Shown piece by piece: positions 29,156-42,875 of a DNA stretch of 64,000 nt. The stretch is taken from the NCBI RefSeq assembly GCF_009914755.1, contig NC_060936.1; one strand, written 5' to 3'. The notes beneath the pieces are model-generated. The model did no database searches and was not told where the DNA came from. It saw only the letters and a program-made list of their open reading frames with translations. The stretch's first letter is position 1. Every line of letters begins with the position of its first letter. A program made the position numbers and the translations under genes. The DNA is from the human T2T-CHM13v2.0 reference genome, Homo sapiens.

Positions 29156-30194
29156 AGTAACAGAATGTAATAAACAAGACTGTTATCTCAAATCTCATCA
29201 CCTTAACTTAGGAAACAAAACAAAACCTGCTGCCCAAACAGTGAGAAGGACAACCAGGTAATAGGGAGAATACATTAGTATTTTTCAAACATTATTAGTA
29301 TTTCAAAATATTATTCTACTACAATATTTTTACTTGTTTCCATTTCATTTTTGATTGGTCATTTAGAGAACAAAGTAAAATTCTCTATTTTTCCCATTTC
29401 CTGGACTTTCTAATGATTTCAGATCAATTTTATGGATACTTGTCATTTCTCTTAGGTCTAGGGATATGAATGCTGAATTTATAATGGCTGTGTTTCAAGA
29501 TTTTATTTTTTGTCAGTTGTTTGGAAGCTCAAACACATTTTCCTAGTGTCATAATATTATAAATGTTAGTGAAAGGAAGTGGCAATGTATCAAGTATAAA
29601 AATAAAGAATGTCTGACAGTTGAATGCATGAAGATTGAAGACAGCTTATATTATATATTTTATTTCCCATATGTCATATTTAATAATTTACACATCTGTT
29701 TTCTTCCATGAAATCTTAAGGTTCTTTACAGTTAGAGCTGTGGGTTTTCAAAAAAAATGTATATAACCTAGCACAATACTTAGTGAATGTGTTTTGCTCA
29801 GAATAGGCCTTCAATAAATGTTTGTTTGATGAAGAGATGGATGAATATATTGTTGTTAACAACATTTAAAGTGAAAAACAGTTAAATTCATTTGTATTCT
29901 ATCCTTCTATCCTTCTCAAAAGGAGAAAGAAATTAAATCTTTGAAACAAGATTAATTTCAGTGTTTTTCCCTCCTACATTTCAAGCCCACTAGGTAACAT
30001 AGAATTGATATGACTTCATAGATAAGAAGGTCCTGTTCAACGTGCAAGTGACCAAACACTTGTAAGTAAAAGAGAGTGAAAAACAGGAACTTGTGCATTA
30101 ATCTAACCCTGTAAAACAAACAAACGAAAATAGTACCCACAGACTATAAGTGCTCAGGTTATTGCTCTGGCATACCATAGCGATGTGCAATAGG

Positions 30195-30610
30195 CTGAAG
30201 CCAGCCCCCAGGGCTCAAATCAAGGCATCCACAGTCCTGAGTTCCTTCTGGAGGCTCCAGGGGGAAATTATATCCTTCCCTTTTCAAGCTTTTAGAGGCT
30301 GCCTGCATCCTTTGGCTAATGGCCCCTTTCTCTGTCTTCAAAGCCAGTATCTTCTCTCCTCCCTGACCCCTGCTTTCCATTTTTACAAGGTCTCTGATTC
30401 TGACCCTACTGTCTCCCTCTTTAAGGGCCTTTGTGATTACACTAAGTACATTGTCCTCACCTGGATAAAACCCAGGGTCATCTTGTTATCTCAAGATCCC
30501 TAACTTAAATGCCTCTGCGAAGCCCCTTTTACCATGTAAGGTAACACACTCACAGGTTCTAGGGATTCAAATTTGGAGATTTTTGGAGAGCCAATATTCA
30601 GCCTACTGCA
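30195..30610 (-). mobile_element. MLT1 (MaLR) LTR
   Basis: TTCCTTCTGGAGGCTCCAGGGGGAAAT...CCATGTAAGGTAACACACTCACAGGTTCTAGGGATT. Confidence 0.7.
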
Positions 30611-31329
30611 CTGTCCTTCAGCCTTCATGAAAACAAAGATAATTGAGTAATTCAAGACCCATCACCATGTTTGCCAATCATTCGCCAACATTATTAAGTT
30701 TGGAATCAAACTAGTAATAATTGTAACCTAAGTATCAGTTGTGTATAAGTCCTCAGAGTCCTTGAGCCTGGTGTGGTTACAACTGAAGTACAATTTTACT
30801 AAAAGATTTAAAGAAAATTTCCTCCAACTCCTGCATTACATATAATTGGGTAGCCATTATCTCTCCATGTTTCTCAGAGCACTTGGGAGGCTTGCTCTTC
30901 TGCTCATCAGCAGTTCTGACTTCTTGCTTTTGCAGTATTCACAATCCTACTCACATCTGGTATCCTGTGCTTTCTATGCCCCTTTAACATGCTCTCCCAC
31001 ATGCTGGACATAGCCCTGAGGACTGCACTTCCTTAACCCTGACCCTAATCCAGACAGAGGCTATCTGGATAGCTGATTCTAGTTGAAACAGGAAGGCACA
31101 GAAGGTGTTTACAGCAAAGCACAGCAGGAACACAGCAAACATCTTAAAATGCCCTAATTCTAGCTCATCCTGGCCATGCCCTCCACCTCTTTTATATGGA
31201 GCCTCTCTTGGTATTATGCTTTAAGAAAATCAAGCACTTCAGTTATTTTCTTATGAAATATGTTATTTTGCATCTGCTTGTAAACTACACTTTGTTGACA
31301 TACAAATATTTTAATAACTCCATTTGTTG

Positions 31330-31525
31330 GACTCTTATTATATGCTATTCACTGTGCTAAATCCTTTTTATGCATTGTCACTTAGTCTTCGAAACAACCT
31401 TATGATGTGATCATTATTATTATCATATCTATGAGACAGATGAGAAAATTTAGACTCATAGAGGATAAGTAATTTTCCCAAGGACAGTTCACTCATAAGT
31501 GGTTAAGGAAAGATCTGAACACATA
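31330..31525 (-). mobile_element. MIR fragment
   Basis: ACAGATGAGAAAATTTAGACTCATAGAGGATAAGTAATTTTCCCAAGG is the MIR core. Confidence 0.65.
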
Positions 31526-32330
31526 GGCCATTGAGCACAATGCATGCACACATCACATCGTGGCAGCTGGAGAAATGGACAATGTGTTAACTAGGACAAT
31601 CTGGTATTTCTGGCTTCTTCCCAGGGTCACAGATTCCTACTTATCTGAAAGGAGCAATGCTATCTAGTCCCATTCCCACGTTGACAAGCAGCAGCACAAG
31701 TAGGCAGGGACACGGGGCAACTTTGTGACATTTCCTATAGATAACTCACCTTTGTCTAGAGCCTCCTTTTCCCCAACATGGGCTCCTTCAGCAATGGGGC
31801 TGGCCCCTGTTGATATGTTTCTGTGTGACTTGGGGCTACTAGCTGTCTTCTGCTCAAGACATCTGGGGACATAGATCTGGTAAGATGACCCACCCTCTTC
31901 ATCCTTTGATGAGGGGTTACACTTTTGTCTTTACATCCTTGGTGGTTCCAATTGGAACAATTCCTTCCTACCCTACTCCAGCCTTAATGCCTCTCTAGTG
32001 AGTGTGTGGTGAACAGTGGAATTCTCCATCAGCACCCTTCTAGGAAGTAACCTGGGAGGATATTTGATATTAACAGTACCAACTCTCTTCTTGGCCTCAC
32101 TCCTGAAATCTCATCTACTATCTTGCCCAAGGGCCCCATCTATCTAAAAGAAGAGAACATGCTATAAAGATATCTCTCAGTAGATTATATCTATTCTGAG
32201 TCTGGGTAGATGCTAGATGCCTCTATTTTTTTCTCTCCCCATCAAATTCAACTTTAGTAAATCATTCAAGCTGGTTTTCATAGCATAAGGGCTTAGAATG
32301 CTGCTTCTAGGGCTTAAGACTACATTCAAA

Positions 32331-32531
32331 TGAAACCCCGTCTCTACTAAAAATACAAAAATTAACCAAGTATGATGGCAAGTGCCTGTAATCCTAGCTA
32401 CCTGGAGGCTGAGGCAGGAGAATCGCTTGAACCCAGGAGGCGGAGGTTGCGTTGAGCAGAGACCACGCCATTGCACTTCAGCCTGGGCAACAAGAGAGAA
32501 ACTCTGTCTCAAAAAAAAAAAAAAAAAAAAA
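32331..32531 (+). mobile_element. 5'-truncated Alu inserted in a MIR
   Basis: Starts at TGAAACCCCGTCTCTACT, A tail, MIR sequence follows. Confidence 0.88.
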
Positions 32532-33114
32532 TCTTCCCTTGACCACTTGCCAGCTGTGGGGATTTGAATAGGAGTTAAACATCTCGAAATGAGGCTCGGT
32601 TTTTTTATCTGTAATTGGGGATGAAGTTAAGTGGTTAAGAGTTGTTGAGGGATAAAATGAGATAATGCATGTAAACACTGAGCAGTCTGAATGCCATATA
32701 AGTTCTCCATAAAGGTAAACTGAATATGTTTAGGTATCTCTAGAAAATGACCTTTCTCCATTAATATTATCAAAGCAGTGAGCATTTTTCATTCATCGTA
32801 TCGCAGGGTATTGTTCTGGAAGCATTCTTTTTCCAGGGCTGCTAGGCAGAACTTTTTCTGGTTTTGGTGGTCTTAAATCAGTTTGAGGGCTCGGTTCTAT
32901 AGCTTCATGCCCAGAAAGTTCAACTTTTCTATTACTAGCCAAAGCCAGTCCTTCCACCTAGAATTAGATTACATCCCCTATGGTCTAATCAAGGAAATTG
33001 CTTCAGCAGTTCTTCCTTCTCTTCTCGTTATCATTAATTTTCCCCCTCTCTATTGGATTACTTTTATCAACACACAAAGATAGTATCATTTCCCACCTCT
33101 TAAAAAAAAACAAC

Positions 33115-33622
33115 TCTTTTGACACCTATTTAATCCTTCAACTACTATCCCTTTCCTCTTTTAACCAAAACTCTTCAGTTGTCTATACTCGTGATCTCCA
33201 CATTCTCTCTTCTCATTCCCTCCTCTTATTCCCTCCTTAATCCATTCTAATCAGGTTTTTGGCCACCACAAAACCAGTGGACTTACTTTTCTTAAGATCA
33301 ACAATGAGTCCTCGTTCCTAAATACAACAACACATGACAATAGATTGTTCCTTTTTAGGTTGACACCATGTAAGAGGGAGAATATATTGTCATGTGCTGT
33401 TGTGTTTAGGAATGTGGACGCACTGTTGCTCTTAAGAAAAGTAAGTCCACTGGTTTTGTGGTGGCCAAAAAACCTGATTAGAGTGGATTAAGGAGGGAAT
33501 GAGAGGAGGGAATGTGAGGAGAGAATGTGGAATCATGATTATAGACAACTAAAGAGTTTTTTTGGTGTAAAGAAAAAAGAGAAAAGGGATAGTAGTTGAG
33601 GGATTAAATGGGTGCCAAAAGA
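33115..33622. repeat. Long inverted repeat (arms ~33115-33357 and ~33371-33622)
   Basis: Left CCCTCCTTAATCCATTCTAATCAGGTTTTTGGCCACCACAAAACCAGTGGACTTACTTTTCTTAAGA is the reverse complement of right TCTTAAGAAAAGTAAGTCCACTGGTTTTGTGGTGGCCAAAAAACCTGATTAGAGTGGATTAAGGAGGG (1 mismatch, 1 indel). Confidence 0.96.
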
Positions 33623-34378
<756 letters not shown>

Positions 34379-37025
34379 GTGACAATCACAGCATTTGATA
34401 TAATTGATCACTTTTCCCTCCTTCCATTACTTTTATTCGCATAGATTTCAGGGTACCCTATTGGCTTCTGTTTTGCATTCTGTCTCAGTCTCTTTTGCCA
34501 TGTCTTCTCATTTCGTTAACCTCTAAGTGTTGGAGACCCCCAGGGCGCAGTCTTCGGACTTGTTTTCTCTTCTGTTAACTTTTCAATCTTAGCTGATCTC
34601 ATCTAGTTTCTTCTCTTTTCTGTCTGCCATCACCTCTCTTTCTCATCTAGTCCTATGGCTGAGAATAGTACCCAAATGCTGATGACTCCCAAGCTATATT
34701 CATATCCTAGACCCCTCCTATAAACTCTAGGGTAACATATTCAATAGCCCACTGTTTATTTCCCTTTGGATAGCTAATAGATATTTCACACATGGCATTT
34801 ATAAAACAGAATTCATAATTTTGTCTCCAAACCTTAGTCCTTCTTATCCTTTCCATCTCGGTTAATAGCAACTCCCTCCTACTAATGGTCAGGCCAAAGA
34901 TCCTGGAATCACACCAATTTTCCTGTTTCTCTCATGCATTTCACCTAGTCTGTCAGAAAATCCTATTAGCTATACTTTTAAGATATATCCGGAAAATTTG
35001 AGCACTTTTCATCACCTCAGTGTATTTTCAGTGCCCAGAAAAGTGCCTGACACAGTTGTCATGCAATAACGATTTGTTGAAAGAATGGCGTGAATCAAGT
35101 TATATCCCTTCTATCTGTAACTTCCTTAACAAAGCTGAACACATAAGGTCTTTATGTGCTGTAATCTGGCCCACGCGTTCCTCTCTATTTTCATCTTTCG
35201 CCACTAACCAACCAGTATATTCTGCTTCAGTCATAGTGACTCACTTCAAGTTTCCTAAATCATCATGTAGTCTCATTCCTCTGCACCTTGCACAATGCCA
35301 TTCCCTCAGCTGAGGTCTTTTTTGTACTTTAACAATCTTTCAAGAGTCATCTCAGCAAAGAAAAGTTTTACTCTAGCCGAAATACCTCCCTCTGTGCTTG
35401 CCTACCTCATGTACACTCTTTCACAGCACAAATCACACTCTACTGGGGTGTGCCTGTCTCCCTGTCATAATGCTAAGTTCGCTGCCTTTCACCTCTTGGT
35501 TTGGTATTTTTAACGTGTAGCACAGAGCCTGGCTTTTGGAATGCAGTGAATGTGAACAAATGAGTGAGTCAAAGGACTCCTCTGTATACAAAGTTTGTTT
35601 ACATACAAAATCATAAAACAAGAGATAATATAAGGATATATTCTTTCACAATAAATACGAATGAATTATTCTTCAGCAGCAACACTTCATACTGATCTTT
35701 AAAGGAAAGATGACCGAATATTTGCTTTGAGAGTAGTTTATTTTGTTCCTCAAAACTAATCCAAAGAAAAAGACAGGATAACCCATCCTCTTCCTCTTCC
35801 TGGAACAATCATTCTCTCTTTGGACTAAGTAAAAATATTGTAAAAGAGTAAACTCTAATTTCATTTTTTAAAATTCATCAAATTTCTGTGTGCCATATGC
35901 TGAACTAGATGCATCACCTTCCCCTTCTACTACCACCACCTCTCTCTCTTCCTTTGTCTCCGTCTCTCAAGATTGGGAGTAGCTAAGTGTCAGGTCTAAT
36001 CAAAATTGTGCTGTAACCATACAAAGGATATAAAATGCTTTATTATCATAAGTTTGCAACTATATTTTAAAAAGCATGCGTGGGCAGAGACTGAAAAAGT
36101 AATATGAGAGGCAGTTCACCAATGTTTACTGAGCAGTACTGTGACCCATGCATTGTTCTGGATGAGAAGATTACAAAGAAGGAACAGTCCCTCTCCTGGA
36201 AGAGTTCAAAGTCTCTTGGTATTTATGTAAATCGCTATAATCTCATTTGATAAGTAACAGTGGTGCCACTTGCTCTGTTCCCAGCTTAGAGGACACCAAT
36301 ATGCCCCAGGAGTCAAAACTACTCAGGTGTCTGTGGTCCACTAGGATTTATGGGCCTGTAGGGAATTACTGTGGAGAAGGGCAACTAAATCATTAATAGG
36401 AATCAAGATTGTTATTGGGGTGTAGTAGGGGTCCTCACATGACTACCAAAAGCTCAGTGCTGGTGTCTCTGAGGCACAGCAACTGCAAAGGCCCTACTCA
36501 AAGAGCCAGTGTATGGGGGCAAGTTGTCCCCTTGCCCTTCAGTGCTGGAATGGCTCATAGAGCCTGCCCCTTTCCCAAGCATGGCATTGATGTCTGCTCA
36601 CAGCCTCCCTTATCTGTGTCTGCATGAAGCACCTTCTTCCAGCACCAGTCCCAGGAAGGGCTGGGCCCTCAGTTAATTCACAGACTAAGAGATGTAAAGT
36701 ATCCAGTACCTCTCATAGGACCCAAAACATCAAAGACTTCTTCTCTCCCCTCAAAAATGGCCAAGACCTGAGAAGTACAAAATCCTTTTGCCCTCTGGGA
36801 GAAGGCAAGCCGACACACTACAATCCATTCTTTCTGTTTGTATCAGCCTCCATCTCAGAAATGTAAAAGACTCTACTTCCAAATATAGGCTTGCAAACAT
36901 GCTGAAAGACAAAATGCATGCTAGGTCAGAGATGCCTGCTTTAAAGTCTCTTTTTTTTTTTTTTCCTAAGAGAGGTGTGTGTGGGTGTATGTCTTTGAGC
37001 CTCTTGGCTGGATCAGGGTTTAAAT

Positions 37026-37307
37026 GCTCAGGCGTGGCGGCTCATGCCTATAATCCCAGCACTTTGAGAGGCTGAGGCGGGCAGATCACTTGAGGTCAGG
37101 AGTTCAAGACCAGCCTGGCCAACCTGGTGAAACCCCCAACTCAACTAAAAATACAAAAATTATCTGGGTGTGGTGGTGCCCCTCTGTAATCCCAGCTACT
37201 CAGGACGCTTGAGAATGGGTGGCAGAGGGTTGCAGTGAGCCGAGATTGTGCCACTGCACTCCAGCCTTCTGGGGGACACAGTGAGAATCTGTCTCAAAAA
37301 AAAAAAA
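37026..37307 (+). mobile_element. AluS-like
   Basis: Dimer, TSD GTTTAAATG. Confidence 0.9.
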
Positions 37308-38198
37308 GAGTTTAAATGATGCCTCCAGAGTTCTTTCTCTTTAATCCCTACATGTCATTGTTCTGCTTCCTCAGGGAGAACATCAGTCTTCCAGCCCATT
37401 TCAGAACAGCAAAGCCCCCCTGCCGCCCTACCCTACCCTTGCCCTGAGGCTTCAGGTTAACAAGGTCCTTAGCACCCAGTCAGCACGAGAAAGATCCTTT
37501 CTTTCCAAGACTCTCTGGAAAGGACTCCAGTGGGCTCTGCTTGGTCATATGCCTGTCCCTAGACCACAGGTGTGTTAAGGAAAATGGGGTGCGTAGATGG
37601 ACCAGCTTGGGTCACACACAGTGCAGAGAATGTGAGGGAAACCCTCACCGGATGAGAGAGGGATCAATTCCTAAAAGGAAAAGATTTTTAGCAGACAACA
37701 AAACAAAACCAAAAAACCAAGTGTCGGCCACACTAGAGGTGACCAGTAAAGCTGACTTCCAAATTTCTGCTGCTAGGGAATGCTGATGTCGATCAAAGTG
37801 CGGAGAGCATATGAAAAATGGAGTTTTTAAAACGTTGAGTTTAAGGCGCCTGTAGGATATTTGAATGAGCTGGTCAGTAATTTCTTGGAAAAAATGACCC
37901 AGGGGCATTAAAAAAAGGTGTATGTTTAAAATGTACATTTTAAAATATAAAATGGATTCGTGTCAGGGTGCATCAAGGTATGCAACAGGAAACCCACCAC
38001 AATTCTAAAGTGGGGAAGTTCTTCAGCAATTATAAATACTTTTTTTCTTTTTTAATTTTAGAAATTTACAGACACTTGCAAGCACCCCAAAAGCCGCACT
38101 TCCTCCAAATATCTCTGGACTCCCACTGCTTGACTTAGTTTTGGGGTCACCTCATCAGAGCCTACTTGGCCTACTGGCCCCAGACGAGGCGGCCGCGG

Positions 38199-38213
38199 AC
38201 TACAATTCCCAGC
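38199..38213 (+). promoter_or_regulatory. ZNF143/THAP11-HCF1 (SBS) motif
   Basis: ACTACAATTCCCAGC matches the ACTACAnnTCCCA consensus. Confidence 0.85.
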
Positions 38214-38224
38214 GAGCACCGCGA

Positions 38225-38251
38225 GGGGCGGGGGAGGGGGCGGGGCGAGGG
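38225..38251 (+). promoter_or_regulatory. SP/KLF GC boxes; potential G-quadruplex
   Basis: GGGGCGGGGGAGGGGGCGGGGCGAGGG. Confidence 0.8.
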
Positions 38252-38317
38252 ACGGCCGCGCGCGCCAGCTGCCAGGCGGGGATCGGGCGGCGCCGAGCTG
38301 AGGTGGTGAGGGACTAG

Positions 38318-38833
<516 letters not shown>

Positions 38834-40423
38834 TAACCTGGGACAGTTCCTGTCTCCGCCCTTGAGAATCATCCGTAAAAGGGGAGATTACACCTCCCCA
38901 ACCGTCCCCTCCTCCCGGGTTGACCTTACGGGGAAAAGTAAAGGAGGCCACCCCGGTGCAACATCTGTGATAATATGTGAACTTCTTTGGATGGGGGCCA
39001 TCGAAGCTCCCCTGTTGCTCAGCCTCTGATAACTGCTTGGTGCTGCTCGATTAGGGAGGCATCAGGTTCATGAATGGAGTTGAGTGTCGGGGTGTCAGAG
39101 CTGAATTTCAAGCTCAGCTTGGAGATCTTTTCCTAACCTTTGAAAAATACTCCAGCTATCTTCCTGTGAGTCAGCACAATCTAGAAAACTCCCTACATTT
39201 ATAAATACGTGAGACTCAGTGGGAAGGTGTACAACTGACTGTTTTATGATATATTAATACTTACAAATCATTTAATCATACCTTTGGAACCTCGCCTGCC
39301 CTATGGACAGTTTTAATTATGCGTAATTTAGATACATTGCCAAATTGGTCAGGAGTTACAAGCTGATGTTATTCATAAAAGAAGGGAGATCGAATTCTGT
39401 GCCAAGAATGAATTTACACATATAGCTTCAACCTAACTACATTTGAATGTGTTGTTATTGTGGAAATTAATTTATGTTAACCTTTTGATGTTTCGATTTT
39501 TAAAGAGATGACTGTTTTTGAAGTCATCTCTTTTTCTTTTTGAACCTATATTTGCTTACCCATATTAATATATGGGTAAATGATTTTCATTTAACCAGTC
39601 TTGTTCAAAAACGGGAGATGCCAAAAAAGTATAAATATACTAATTTTCTTAATGTTTCAACCCAAAAGAAGTCCTGGATGGACCAAGGCAAATAGGAGCC
39701 ACCACTCAGAAGATAACACTAGTGCAATAGGAAGTGTGCGAAGGAGAGATAGGGAAGGACCTGGGGATTTTGTTCAATTCAGTAGCTATTTACTGAGCCC
39801 TAATTTCTGCTATACATGTCCAAGGGAATACCAAGATGATTGGGACACAGTTTTTGTCCTTGTGAAGCTCACAAACTTTGGGATATTTTTACATTCTTAG
39901 AAAGGGTACAAACTAAAAAGGACTGAGAGAAGTAGGTGCATCCAGACTGCAGTAATATAGTGAAATATCATTTTTGTGAAATGAACTAGAGATCAAAATC
40001 ATATTCACAGTAAATGGAGAACAAAACTGTTAATACCATTTACAACTCTTAGGTTGTATATATCAGGAAACCCTGTTCAAACTGGCATAACAAAAGAGGG
40101 AAAGGCTTATTAAGGTACAGTCAGATTCAAGGACAAAAAAATGATTCATTCATTCAGCATACTTACTGCCTACCTACTATGTAACAGGCACTGTTGTATG
40201 TACCGAACCACGTGTAGTAGCAGTAGAGACAGCCCTTAGTCTCATAGAGCTTACGTTATAATAAGGAAAGACATGCAGTATACAAGAACATTAATGTGTG
40301 TTGTATCACGTTATGATAAATATTTTTAAGAAAAAGTAAAGCAGGATAAGAGGATGGTGCACTTTGTTGCCAGAATCCTCAATTTCTTAGCTCTGGATAG
40401 ACCCTTTATGGTTTCAAGGTGGT

Positions 40424-41128
40424 TGTACTGAGAACTGCAGAACTCTCAGGGTACCTAATGACTTGCTCCAAACCTCTGCTCCAAGAGACTTGACCAAGCC
40501 CTAGCATGGCTTCTAGCAGCTTAAGGCCATGTCCCTAGGATGATCTCAGGTTCCCTTAAAATGGCTTCCTGAAGAGGCTCAAAGCTGCCAGAATTTCCTG
40601 ATTGTTCCAGGAAAAACCTGGTGAGAGGCCCCTGAACCCTCTTTTAGAGCAATTAGTTTAGAAAGCTTGCAATTATAAAAACTTTCCCTGCCTTTTGAGA
40701 TGTAAATCTACCACACAAAACTGTTTCCTCAAGGACCTGGGAGCCCCAGAACCCTGTCTCAGTGAAATGCGAACATTCTAGGAAATAACTCTTACTCTCC
40801 TTCCTAGTCCCTCTGGGAAGATAAAGGGCAAAGTTCAGTGGACACCTTGCTTCAACTTGCTCAGTTGCCTTGTCTCATAAGGATAGAAGATTGTTTCTCT
40901 TCCAGATAAGCGCTAGTTAACAAATCCATATGGCCTAGTCACACGGACTAAGCCCTGTTAGCACCCCTCAGTGCCTTTCCCTTAGCACAACTCAGCCTTT
41001 AAAGTCTCCAGCCTTTCGTTTTCTGGGGCTGTGAATGCAATTCACATTGGACTCTTTTCCCTGTTGCAGTAGTAACAGAATACAATCTGTCCTTAACACT
41101 TTAGTCACCGATTTTGTGTGTCTTTGAT
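40424..41128. mobile_element. Probable ERV-class solo LTR in CMAS intron 1
   Basis: LTR-like content (CTAGCATGGCTTCTAGCAGC, TGAGATGTAAATCT, polyA-like AATACA then a U5-like end). Family not resolved. Confidence 0.5.
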
Positions 41129-41693
41129 AGCAGTCCTCATATTCTTACAGGTTTAAATGTAAGTCAGAAGGAGTGCTCTCCTCGAAGCTCGAAGTTTCAT
41201 TGTGCCTCATTGGGTACCCTGCTCATTCTTCAACCAGTCACTATGGCAAGAGGAACATAGTGCTTGTATTGCTACAGTATAGCTTCATCTTCCACTCTTG
41301 AAACCAGCGATGGAGCCCCCGCTGAAAAACATGACAGGTTCATCAAGAGGAAAATTGGAGTACAATTACCAAAAGTGAGGGGGAATAGATTCTGTTGGTC
41401 AGAACCCAACAACCAACCATTACAGCAGGCATTGGGGATTTTGCTATGAAATGATTGGAAAATATGTATATATATTGACCAATGATTTTCCCATTTCCAC
41501 ATTTTAGCATTTGTACAAAACTTCTTTTAAAAAAAGACTCTAGTATCAACCTTTTCTGTACCAAGTAGTTTTATTTAATACTTCTAGACTAGAGTGTAAA
41601 CTCATTGACCACAGGGATAATGTTTTATACTTCTTCAAGCCACCTATGGTATCTGTCACTATATCAATGGTGGCGACTAGAAGAAATAAAATT

Positions 41694-41983
<290 letters not shown>

Positions 41984-42249
41984 CTAAACTAGCAAAATGA
42001 ATGTATTTCTAACTTAACAGTATCATGTAACAATGTGAATTTACTCTGTTCAAGTTTTGTGGCTATGTGCTATTTGTCATCCTTTCCAGGCATCTGGAGA
42101 GATTAGGTCAAAAGGTAATAGAAGGGACCAGCACTTCTTCCTCCATGAAGCCTTTACTGATCCCCTCAGTGAAAAGTAATTGTGCCTTTGTTTTCCCATA
42201 CATAGCTACGTCGTTTGTACCTTCATTTAGTGCATGCCCTATGCAGGGA

Positions 42250-42470
42250 GATAAGATCACAGACTCTGAAATCAAACTGTGGATTTGAATTCCAGCATCA
42301 CCATGTGTTAACTGTGCAAACTTGGGTAAATCGCTTAACCTCTCTGTGCCTCAGTCTCTTCATCTACAAAATGTACTGAAGTGTGTGCCTCACAGGCTTG
42401 TGGAGGGAATTAAGTGAGATAATGTACGTGCAGCCCTTAGAATAGTGCCTGGCACATAGTATGTAATCTG
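42250..42470 (+). mobile_element. MIR
   Basis: CTTAACCTCTCTGTGCCTCAGTCTCTTCATCTACAAAATG core; CTTAGAATAGTGCCTGGCACATAGTA. Confidence 0.8.
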
Positions 42471-42651
42471 TTATTGACATTTTCCTCTTGTTTAGAAGGT
42501 TTTTACTATCTTCCATGCTTGTAAAATGGGAAACTCTCCCATTGCTTGTAAAACGGGAAAGTTGTAATGATCTTTAAAATTATTTCTGGTGCTAACATTC
42601 TTTGACTTTGAAGAGTTAGTGGAAAGATGTCTTTATTCTCTTTTTCAGTTT

Positions 42652-42875
42652 CAGTGGCCAGCAGACTTTTTCTGTAAAGGGCCAGATAGTAAATATTTTA
42701 GGTTTTGTAAGCCAGATCGTCTTTGTTGCAATCACTCAGCTCTACTGTTGTGTATGTTGTGAAGGTGGCCATGACAATACATAAATGAAAGAGTGTGGCT
42801 GTATTCCAATAAAATGTTACAGAAACAGGCTGAGGAGTGGGCAGAATTTGGCCTGGGGAGACTCCTGCCATACTA
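42652..42875 (+). mobile_element. MER58-type hAT-Charlie element
   Basis: CTTTTTCTGTAAAGGGCCAGATAGTAAATATTTTAGG. Confidence 0.78.
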
